A DNA stretch of 64,000 bases, from assembly GCA_011109175.1 (NCBI GenBank), contig RDEW01000037.1:407600-471599 (forward strand), in the 5' to 3' direction. Shown here piece after piece: positions 22,760 through 33,450 of this stretch; within the stretch, counting starts at the first letter, position 1; each line of letters begins with the position of its first letter. Below the pieces are notes generated by a model that was not told the DNA's origin, made no database searches, and saw nothing but the letters and a program-made list of their open reading frames with translations. The position numbers were made by a program, and so were the translations under genes. The DNA is from Dicyema japonicum (lineage: Eukaryota > Animalia > Dicyemida).

Positions 22760-24180
22760 TTCAGCCTTGGGTAAGCTCAAGAATGGCAGAGCCCCTGGAC
22801 CGTACAACGTGAATGCAGAATTATTGAAATACGCGCCAGACAGGGTGGCTGAGTTAATCTGCACAGTCCTACACAAATTGTTCAAATGTCACAGTCCATT
22901 TGATGCGGGGAATGACACCTTGATCCCAATTCAGAAACCTGGAAAGGAAAGAGGAAATCTAAACAGTCTACGCCCGATTACATAATGAATACGATAAGCT
23001 CCCTTGTTGTGCTGGATCGTATTTCAGGCCCTGTAAATAAGTTCCTGAACCCAAGTCAAAGTGGATTCAGACCTGGAAGGTCGACGGCAGACATAGTATG
23101 GAGCCACAGGTGGATGTGTGCAATGTGCCAGAAACACAAAGAAGAAATCTCAATCCTTGGAATTGATTTATCCCGTGCTTTCGACACAATCAACCGCAAA
23201 AAGCTGATGCATGTATTGGAAAGCATCCTAGATGGGGATGCATTACGTATGATCAGATTCTTACTCGCCAACACATCGCTATCCGTGCGTGGGAAACTAT
23301 ACCTCGATGAAGTTTAAAACCGACAGCGCACCTCAGGGCGACTCGTTATCCCCGATCCTATTCATAATCTACCTGGAGGCAGCTCTAAGACCTCTTCGGA
23401 GAAATTAATGCTTTACTAAAGTGATGGAAGTAATTTACGCCGATGATATTGTTCTGGATGAACTGGAAACTATACTAAAAGTCATCTCTCAAGGCTTGGA
23501 GGACTGGTCCCTGGTAGTAAACCAAGACAAAACGGAAAGAACTAGCATAATCCCGTTGCACGACGAGAAATGAGGAAAAGTGGAGAACATGCAAGAAAAG
23601 TTCGATCTTCCTCGGAACTCGGAGGACGTTACTCACAGGAAAGTTCTGGCGGTTGCTTCTATCAAAAAATTGTGGGCGAATCTGGATGCGACGAAAGTAC
23701 ATAGGCACTTGCTTTCGAATTCGGTTGTACAACTCCTTTATCGAACCCATTCTATTTTATAACGCGGGAACCTAGGGCCTAACCACCAAAGAACTGGAAA
23801 ACCTCAACTCTTTCCACAGAAAACAACTGACTTATGTGAATCTACTGACCAAACCGGAATAACCAACAGCAAGCTATATAGAATTACTCAAACAACAAAG
23901 ATTGGGAATAAAGTTACTTCTGCGAAATGACAGCTCTTTGGACATATCCTAAGAGCTTCGGAAATGGCACTAGCCAATCAGGCATGGAATCATATTTTCT
24001 GTATTAAAACAAAACAATGAATCGAGGTCGACAAAGAACTCACTTGGATAGAAAAAAAACTGAAAACAGCAGAGGATCTGGATGATCTGAGGGCGGTTGC
24101 GAGAAACAGAAGATGGAAATGACTCACAGCGCGTGTCCAGAGATGCATGGCAAAAGTGGAATCTCAAATGAGTTAACTTT
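22760..24180 (+). mobile_element. RTE-like LINE (RT to 3' end), frameshifted
   Basis: 'NGRAPGPYNVNAELLKY', 'LRPIT', 'QSGFRPGRSTADIVWSHRW', 'IDLSRAFDTINR', 'PQGDSLSP', 'YADD'. Confidence 0.8.
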
Positions 24181-24259
24181 CTGGTTCCGCGGAAATAATA
24201 ATGTAACACCAAGATTTCCGAGTTTCACATCATTGGTGGTGGAGGCCTTCTAAGTCATT

Positions 24260-24620
24260 GTAACGGAATTACGTTTGGGGATATAACTGACAATGTCTAG
24301 AGTGTGCTCGATGACTGCGGAAATCTCGAACTTGTAATCCGATTCCAAAAACTTGCAATAACATTGTTTAACGCATATCTCATTCTGTTTGACAGGACAA
24401 GCCCACAAAAGGGGGGAGATGATAATTGAAGATCTTCACAGTCTCTGTATATTCAGCGATCCGGCTTTCCATACAAGAACACCTACTCAACGTGACGATA
24501 AACCCTCATCCATTGACATCTCACTGTCATCTCTATCTCTGACCCCTCTTATTGACTGGTCTTGAAATATGACACCATGAGTGACCACAATCCAATTTTG
24601 GAGGTCAAAACAAGATCACG
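24260..24620 (+). mobile_element. Ingi/Vingi-like endonuclease C-terminal fragment
   Basis: 'HTRTP...PSSIDISL..PLIDW...SDHNPIL'; ~80% identical to 32812-32900. Confidence 0.6.
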
Positions 24621-25690
24621 GAGAAGGAACGAGCACAATAGCATATGTGGATGACGTGGACTTTATTTCGAATAACAAAGAACAGTTAATTGCACTTTCG
24701 GATAAAATGGTTGATTGGTCATTAAAAGTAAACACAACAAAAGGATTAATTATTTTAACAAGCCGCGTGGCGCCATGTGGTGCTTCGTGGCTAATTGGTT
24801 GAAGTTTCTGTTTTGTTTGTCTGTTCCTCCTCTCTCTTATTAGATCCACTTGTCTAGGTGGCGCCCAGTGCCAGGCCGGCACGAAAAAGGATCATTTGCT
24901 CTCTCCCACTCCACTGGAGGAACTTCCACAACTGCAAGTATGGACGTCTTACCCTTTATGTTGATTCGAATGGACTCTGATTCTGTAAAAGTGGAAACTG
25001 AATGCACTTAATTAGTTGTTTACTTTAACTTCTTTCTCGGTGTATCCGGGGTTAATAAATAATAGTAAAATACAAACAAAACCGAAATCATGGGGCTAAA
25101 TAGAAGTGAGGAAAGGACCGAGGAGCACTGACACAGATCTCGGTGACACCAAAGATATAACACGAAGGATGACAGTAACTAATGTCGCTTTCAACAAAAT
25201 GAAGAAGACTTGACTTCTAAAAAAAAGGCTTGACCCTTAAACTCGAATGAGAGTATACAATGCCCTAGTGAGGCCAATCCTATTATATAATGCCGGTACA
25301 TGGGCATGTACAGGACAGGAACTCGAAAAGTTGAATTCTTTTACAGAAATCATCTCCGAGCGTTTCTTCCCGAAGCTTTTTCAAAATGCCGTCCGAAATC
25401 TTATACAAGAGAACAGGAACTGAGCAATATCATGTGATATTACTGATTCAAGATGGAAGCTATTTGGACACATACTCCACCACGATTTGGGGACTCTTGC
25501 CAACATAGCAATGGAGGAGTACTTTGTCTTTGAGGCTTCGCGTTTCCGAGGACAACATTGCCGGTACTCCTAGATGAAGATCTCAGGAGGATTGGAAAGT
25601 GCCTTAAAGATGGGGATGATCTTGATATGCTACGGAACATGGCAACGGATAGAAAAAGATAAGCGATGTTAATTAGATTGTTACCTTTTC
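24621..25690 (+). mobile_element. RTE-like LINE RT/3' fragment with a nested Vingi-like 3' end (~24770-25070)
   Basis: 'IAYVDDVDF', 'RVYNALVRPILLYNAGTW', 'RWKLFGHIL'; the inserted segment ends 'GGGGTTAATAAATAAT'. Confidence 0.7.
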
Positions 25691-25849
25691 GTGTTAGCAC
25701 ATGCTTTGTTATGATCTTGGTATCCCGTACCTATAATAATAATAAAACGAGATCACGGATTAAAGTACAGTGTCCGACGATAATTAATTAGAGCCTTGCG
25801 AATTAGAGAGGATTCGAGGAGTACGTCGATGCTTGCATTGGACTCTTGA

Positions 25850-26820
25850 ATTTTCCCACTTTTCCTTCCGTTTTCAATTAGTGAAATGGTTCAACTTCAC
25901 CATAAACGTTGTGAGAAGGAAGTACATTCCAAGGCAATCTACGTTTTATAAGAGGACGAAATCCCCAAGAAGAGAACAAGAAAAATAAGAGAACTAAACA
26001 GAGAGATCGACATGAACATCATGGAAGAAAATGTGAATAGATGGACGAGACTATCGAAGGCTCTCTGAGTCTGGAAGTGGGTCAAGAACATCATAAGATC
26101 TTCCCAGAGACAAAAAGCAAAGTCAAGATCCAACCCGACAGTCTGATGAAATATTACATCTCTATCTCCTACAAGGAGTTTCAAAAGAACATCAAGTATT
26201 CTTGAAAAAGATTGAACTGAAACGCTCCTATGACTGGATTCTCTTTACTAGCCTAGATGTCCGCAGAGCCATATCAAAGACCAATAACTCAGAGGCCACA
26301 AGACCAGACAACATAACCACATGTGAACTGAAGCACACATGCCACCAAACCCTGGAACTATTAGCTTACATCTTCAACCTATCCATAAACACAATCTCTG
26401 AAATATGGAAGAAGTCTCTAATCAAACCTATTTGAAAACCTAACCAATAAATGAACCTGTTCTCTGACGCTCTCTACCAATTGACCACTGCTCTCTTACC
26501 ACCTGACGAATGACGTATCTTAATGAAGCAGAATCTTTTTCCACACAATTCTTCCAAAGCATTGTGTCTACAATGGTTAGTGTCACGGATCTCTTCTGCA
26601 ATTATCCGCATCTCCTCTGTGTTGGTTGAGGCGATAACGAGCTTGTGATTAGATAAAGAATCTTAAAGATCCAGCTTTCCTTCTATCAAAAGGAAGTTTT
26701 CAGCGTTCTTTTTAATACTTCCAACTGCTGATACATTCAGGTTTTGTCCTTCTAGGTGGGATCACTTAGTTGAGAACTTTTATTTCTTTATCTTTGACCC
26801 TGGGGGTAATAATAATGAGA
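25850..26820 (+). mobile_element. Ingi/Vingi-like LINE fragment, internally deleted, with 3' tail
   Basis: 'AISKTNNSEATRPDNI..LKH..IFNLSIN..WKKSLIKPI'; ends 'GIT*' (TAG) plus GGGGGTAATAATAAT. Confidence 0.65.
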
Positions 26821-26859
26821 ATTAGGTTCACAAAAGGTAATACATGAGACCAAGTAAGA

Positions 26860-27700
26860 AATAAACAGAACGTCTTATTTGTTAATTGTAGATACTCCCG
26901 ATAATTTTTTTTTCAAATTAAAGAGAAATTCGAGTTTCTGGAACTTTATTTTTCTACGTGACTTCATCCGTTTAATTTTAAAGGTGTTTGAGATGTTCAT
27001 GGATAGGAATCATTCCTAGATGTGATACTTCAAACAAATATCTGGAGTGTTTCCCGGTCATTTGAGACAATGTCCACGTTCTGTAGAGTTTATGAGGTTG
27101 TGCAGAGCTGATTTCCAATAAACGAAGAATAGTAATGGGGATAGAGAATTTCCATAAGGTTTTGTTATGATTTCCAGAGACAGGGAATTTCGAATGCGAA
27201 CCACAACGTATCGTTTGTGGTAATCAATTCTAATTCTCTTTTTCGAATATTCCTTATTTACTACAGCTCTGCTAGTATTTTTGCAAGTTCCACTGGACTA
27301 TGTTAAATAGCTCTAATATTATCGCGTCCTGGAGAGCTCTTGCGATAAAAATTTATAGTTAAAATTATATCCCTCATCAAACATATAATCTGACTTTTTT
27401 CATATCGATCAGACGTTCAAAGTGAAAGATTACAATTTGTACTTACATGACTTCCAATTGTTCTTACAGTTGATTATGAAGGACAAATGTCTCTTCTCCA
27501 TTAGTTTTATAACCATTGTTATTCGATTCTCTGGAATCAAATAGGTTACTAGCGTGTTTGTTATTAAGTTTTTACTCCTACTCTGGACGGAATCCCATTC
27601 ACATTAAAAAAATAAATTGATGATTCGAAAAACATTTTCTGATTTTTAAATCCTTTTAAAGTTTCGACAACCTAGGTAACACGCTTGTGATTCGAGAAAA
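26860..27700 (-). mobile_element. Possible Penelope-like element remnant (RT thumb plus GIY-YIG)
   Basis: Weak, frameshifted similarity: 'HLSF...', 'EIPC', 'SALH...GH'. Confidence 0.35.
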
Positions 27701-28178
27701 GTAGGCTTCTGTTGATTGGTTTTAAAATTGGATTTCCTTAAGTTTAATGACATGTTTTGCTTAGAGGGAAATCCATCTTATTTTTTATCCATGTAGATAC
27801 AGTCTCTTAAAACTTTTCCCGCAGGTGTTTCGTATGGTAGTTTTTGATGCAACAAAATTCCCTACATGGAATGTACCAAACCGCTGGATAAAAACTCCAG
27901 CTCTTTTGTACCTTTAAAGATATAGACATTAGTCTTCTCAATTAGATGAGACGCGTAATTAAATAATCATCCCTCCACGGTCCATTAACAGACAAATGTC
28001 CATAGTATCAGGAGGAAGTAAAATTAATGTTTAATACCGTGACATTAAACCTTAATTGATTTTCGTTTCTTGAAGACATTAAATCGATATTTCTACTTGT
28101 AGTGGTCACAATGTAGCCTCTTGGTTAGTCAGGTAATGTATATTGGAGATGGAATAATATTAAGTTAGTGAATAATAA

Positions 28179-30711
28179 TTAATATAAAGTAGAATATCGT
28201 GCCAAAGCCCACATTGGGAATATATTTCTATAACCATTATAAGATATAGCACAATTCTCATTAAAGACTCCAGCCACATTTTCCTTATATAAGCTCATAA
28301 ATAAACCTGTGGCCAATCACCATTTTCTAGTTGTCTACTTTTGATAAGATTTATTCCTCGTTCAATAACAGTTGTGTCAGGATATCTTTGGAATAAATAA
28401 TATTAACAACTTTATGACCATTAAACCAAGGAGAACAAATGATGTGTTAACAATCTGTGATTTGGAAGAGGATATATATTTACGCAATTCGCAACTCTCA
28501 AAGTCTTCTCCCCAACCACCATCAGGTAATTGTCTTTCGAGTAAAAACACTATTCCCTTTGGAATCTCAGGAATAGGATCACTACTAATTTACTACACCT
28601 ACTCACCCATCCACACAAGTGTACCCACAAGCAGCAAACAACTCCATAGCGAACCAGAAGGCGTACGTAAAGCAGACAGCCCAAGATCTAACACTATCAA
28701 ACCTCATGTACCCAATCCATGAACCATCCGGTCTTTGTTTTCGTCTAACAAAGTTTAACCCGTCGGTAGTGACTTTTCTATTGTAAAAAATATGATGAAC
28801 TTGATGTCATCCCAACGGTAATTTGGATATTTGCGGTTAAATCTGAGCAACCCCCTGATAGCTGCACTCGTACATTCCACATAAGTGTAATCGATCATAA
28901 TATTTCCTTACATATATAAACACGACTCACCGAACACTTCAGACGGGTTAAGAAGTTCCAGGAAGCTTCCCCCACGCTGTCTCTCATAGGACGCAAAACC
29001 ACCATCAGAACAAACCATATCCAGAATCTAATGAAATAAGTGAACAAAAATACACAATCCACACAATCGGTCAAACGGTTGTAGTCCAATTGAGGAACAA
29101 AGTCGAATTCTTGTAGCATCATAAAAAGAGAGAGTCCCTCCCCCGTACAATCACTAATTATGTATGAGTAATCGTGTGTGGAAAAAGGGAATCCACCCTG
29201 AATATACAAAATCTACAGACCTTATTCCGTTGACGATAAAATTTGTGATAATCTGGGGGGTTGTCCTCAATCTGACTGTCAATGATCCACTCTATGGCAC
29301 GTGTAAGACTGTCGACAATTTGTGGATATTGGTGAAAGTTTGGAATCTAGTTGTAATTAAGGATACCTCTATCAATGCCAAGCATATAAAGACCGTATCC
29401 CAGAACTGAGAGCCATTTGTACCCTAAATGCCTAGACATTAAAATACAGTCATTTTCATTCCATCCACACCAAGCCTTATATTAGTAAATGATAAAACCA
29501 TAGAAAGTCATCTATTCTGTCAACGTGAGCTTGGAATGCTTCGATATCTCCTCTGTGCCACCTTATCAACATATTGATACACTTGGATATCTAAACTTAT
29601 ACAACCCATTACAGGGCCAACTCCAATGTAATTAGTAAACGAATCTTCAGCACATATATGATCATATACAACATCTAAGGCCCTCTTCTTATATATTCAG
29701 AGTGATATCTCTCATAAATATTTAACACGGCTGTATTACATAAATAGTCAACCATATGAAGATTTTAATAGGAATGAATGAGGATTATGCATGTCACTCT
29801 TGGCCACGTGCAACCGAGTACTAACCCAATCGATATCATTGTATTGCTCGTTTGGGTAAAGTTCCTGTAATAAGTATTCGATAAACCTGACGGAGATTTA
29901 GTATCAAAGGATCAACCGGAGCAGAGATCTTTAATCCAAAACAGTAACTCATAGCGATATAGATTACTCGACAGTGACACCACATTTTGGAAGGATGGAA
30001 TGGTAGACATTCAGGTAAAATCCTAATATTATATTAAAACCAAACCATAGTTCTGGGAGAACAGCATTAATACCTTCCCAATCGTAGCAGTTGAGGACTG
30101 CAAGCCAGAACTTCCCCAACTTGGGATTCCCTTTGTTCCCCCAAGATTTTGGATTACACACCGAGCTCGACACATTATCTTCTCATTGGGATCAACCCCC
30201 ATCAGTCGTAATGAAACATAATTAAGGACAGTCCCAAGGATAGTAGAAGGAGAACAGATGTGTCTAGGTTGGTATCAAAGACATACAGTCCCCATCCCCC
30301 ACCGGGACATTCAACAGAATGAAGATATCTTATTAGTTCTGATAATTTTTCCTGACTTATATCCACTTTGGTGATGTACCCCACAATTAATAGACCTTTA
30401 ATTGTATATACGGACTACCAGGTAGTAAAAATAAGGGACCACCATAATCGTAAGCCCAATGGCCATCTCTGCCTGAATTGCAGCAAGAAACATAGCCCCA
30501 TTGATAGCAAATTCGTTAGCAGAAGAAGGGTCATTGAAGAAGGTTATTTGATTTTCAATGGTCAATCCAACAGAATGTCTTTCTATATTGTTTGCTCACG
30601 ATCGTTTATTTTATTGTAGAACCATCTCTGTCTCCCTCTCACACACTCAAGTCTCCATTTGGTAATATCAGTAGATGGTTCTGTCTTATATGGTCCTCCT
30701 TGATTCCTCAT
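28179..30711 (-). CDS. LSS: Oxidosqualene cyclase (animal lanosterol-synthase-like); 18 exons, 17 introns of 20-26 nt; four -1 homopolymer frameshifts in the 5' half
   Basis: '[21 protein letters not shown]', '[17 protein letters not shown]', QW motifs (GGWGL; QRPDGSW; QLPDGGWGE; QLENGDWPQ), 'WCHCR', '[10 protein letters not shown]', 'SDCTGE', '[20 protein letters not shown]', '[17 protein letters not shown]'. ATG 30711, TAA 28179-28181. Confidence 0.92.
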
Positions 30712-30859
30712 TGCTACAAGATATTTCTTAAATTATAAAATAGTTAAAAAGATTTCAATCACGAAAGCTACCTTTGATAATTTAATTTAATAATATAAAA
30801 TTTATATAAAGTCAATTTATATAATTGACATAATCCACCTTTACTGCCTCTCACAAAAA

Positions 30860-31480
30860 AATAAATAAATAATAATAACTTCCTCATTGCAACGGAGATC
30901 AACTTTAGAAGCCACTGGGTCTCACCTGCATCTTGGCTTTTGAGTGTAGCCAGACGTCCCAGTTTCTTGATGAAACGAAGTGGTTTCCAGCTTATTCTTC
31001 CAATTGTCTTAACTACGATAGGCAGGAACGAGAACCGATCTAATAGCAATTCTTTCCATTGCCTTCATAACTTTTTCCGCCCAATACATTGTTTGCATCG
31101 CGTGGCAGTCTGTTAATTTTGGATGGACAAAGCGGGTCATTGCACGCGACATTCCTTACCAATGGCTTTCCCTTCTCGAACGGAAAGATTTCAATTCCGT
31201 CCGACAGGTTTTCCATCTCCTCTGTACAGGCCGACCAGTATTGAAGGGTATACTTAACAGACTACAGAGTACGTTTCACAATCCTGTTTATCGCTTTATG
31301 TCTTGAAAATGAACTTATTCGGCATGAAAAAGCTTTATCTCCTCAACAGTCGACGGTACCATAGCACTGGTACTTGTGGTCTTGCAAATCTCCAGTCCAA
31401 GTTTGATGGAGTTACCGATTCGGAAAGTATCGTCGTCGCTGTGGCTCCCGACGCTTTCCAGTGAGTGATTAATCCAATCG
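30860..31480 (-). mobile_element. CRE-clade RLE retrotransposon fragment
   Basis: 'SESVGSHSDDDTFRIGNSIKLG', 'PDGIEIFPFEKGKPLVRNVAC', 'DRFSFLPIVVKTIG..KKLG..ETQWLLKLISVAMRK'. Confidence 0.7.
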
Positions 31481-31659
31481 CCACCCAATCGCATCTTCCA
31501 TTGACTAGACATGTGTGTCGGTGTTGGTTTAATGATTCAGAAGCTTCTCATATTTATTTTCGCAAATGCACCTATAAAATTCTCTTTGGTCAGGCGGTCT
31601 TGCTCCATATCTTGACGATTCTGTTGGGAGTTCAAGAATCATTTTGATCAAAAACTGAC

Positions 31660-31852
31660 TGAAGCAAAAGATAAATAAAAATACAGAATGTGCTATGTCT
31701 GTTGATGATGGTATTCCCAGACCACCAAAGCGAACGGGTGAGGTTGCTTAGTCCTTGAAGCAAAAGATAAATAAAAATACAGAATGTGCTATGTCTGTTG
31801 ATGATGGTATTCCCAGACCACCAAAGCGAACCGGGTGAGGTTGCTTAGTCCT
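31660..31852. repeat. Tandem duplication of a 96/97-bp unit
   Basis: 31660-31755 is repeated at 31756-31852 with a 1-nt indel. Confidence 0.85.
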
Positions 31853-32691
31853 ACCATGGTCATCAAATTTAACGTAAGTAGACGTTAGTGTATTTAAATG
31901 CCAAGAAAATCTTATGAGCAAACACTGCTATGATCTAATTAAAAGCAATGTTACTGCAAAACATCAATCTCGAGTCTTCGTCACACAGAATCTCACAATT
32001 TCGCAACGTGGAACGTAAAAGGCTTAAACGAAGTGATACTAGAAGTCATAAAAAGAGAAATGAGAAGGCTTGATATTGCTTGGAGTAAGCGTATTTCACT
32101 GGATCGACAGTGGTTATTTTGTTCTGATGGTTTCGTCATATATTAGTAACATTAATGCGAAGAGAAACGGAATGACCTTAATTGCTTCAAAGAAAATAGC
32201 AGCTGCTATTGAAAGTCATAGAATATTCAATGATCGATAATACTAATCCACGTCCCTGGACGACCATTGAATATTACGTCATGCAAGTGTATTCCCCAAC
32301 ATCTATTGCCAAGGATGACGAAATTGACCAATTTTATTATGAATTTCAAGGGGCACTAAAACTAATACCCAAAAAAGACATAATCTACATAATGGGGATT
32401 TCAATTCAAAAGTTGGGTGTATGCCACATACGGATATTGTGGAAAGTTTTGGTTTGGGGAAAAGAAATGATGCTGGGGATCGAATGGTCCAATTCTGTCA
32501 GGAAAATGGATTTCAGATAACTAACACATGGTTTAAACACCACAAACGACGATTATACACTTGGACGTCGCCAAATGGAATCTCTAAGAACCAAATTGAT
32601 TATATTTTGTGCGCCAAACGCTGCAAAAGCTCTATAACAGCTGTCAAAACATATCCAGGGCAGACTGTGGAACAGACCTTCAGCTACTATA

Positions 32692-33217
32692 CCATTTCAG
32701 GTTTAAAGTGGGTCTTACCAAAAGCAAAGTGGGTCTTACCAAAAGCAAAGTGGTACTTACCAAAAGCAAAGTAGTACTTGTAGGATATAGACGCGTAATA
32801 TTTTATCAGTGGCCCCTCTTATTGACTGGTCAGTGAAGTATGACCCCAGGAGTGACCACAATCCAATATTTTTGGAGTTCAAAACGAGTCACGGATAAAA
32901 GGACAATACCCAACGATAACAAACTCAGCCTTGCGAATTGAGAGGATTCAAAGAATACGTCGAGAAAAGTCGACTCTACATAAAACCAGACACACTGATA
33001 AAATATTACGCGTCTATATCCTACAAGTACCACTTTGCTTATGGTAAGTACCAATTTGCTTTTGGTAAGTTCCACTTTGCTTTTGGTAAGTACCACTTTG
33101 CTTTTGGTAAGTACCACTTTGCTTTTGGTAAGTACCACTTTGCTTTTGGTAAGTTCCACTTTGCTTTTGGTAAGACCCACTTTGCTTTTGGTAAGACCCA
33201 CTTTAAACCTGAAATGG
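32692..33217. mobile_element. Foldback-type non-autonomous DNA transposon (526 bp) with 21-bp subrepeat arms and a 181-bp LINE-derived core
   Basis: Termini CCATTTCAGGTTTAAAGT...ACTTTAAACCTGAAATGG are flanked by TATA on both sides. The left arm has 3 and the right arm 8 copies of a 21-mer (TTACCAAAAGCAAAGTGGTAC). The arms end in an inner ~37-bp inverted repeat. The spacer is 32812-32992. Confidence 0.9.
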
Positions 33218-33450
33218 TATAGTTGCAAAAATTAGGACAAGTAAAGAAATTTGATGTCTCAAACATACCACCAGCATACAAATGGAAGTTAAGCACAATA
33301 TAGGATTACTGGATTTGAACGAAAGAATACCTGATGAATTATGGAATGATATGCAGTTGGTTATCAGGAACGGTGCAATTATTATTATTATTTAAGCCAA
33401 AGAAACACCGTCTTAACCAATAATTAATATTCAGGTGATCCCGGCATCTC

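Noticed and set aside
29680-30590. Euplotes-style stop-codon-triggered frameshifting in the OSC gene
   Set aside because: The shift at ~30467 has no nearby stop, none of the four has the AAA-TAR context, and all coincide with shortened homopolymers.
31660-31852. 96-bp tandem duplication as a functional repeat or RTE 5' ribozyme
   Set aside because: Only two copies, differing by one indel, and no HDV topology found. A local duplication or haplotype artefact is more likely.
33027-33200. 21-bp repeats as a CRISPR array, or the repetitive ORFs (KYHFAFG / VLPKAKW / LLLVSTT) as real proteins
   Set aside because: The units are contiguous with no spacers and are mirrored in the opposite arm of a foldback element. 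The ORFs are by-products of a stop-free 21-mer.
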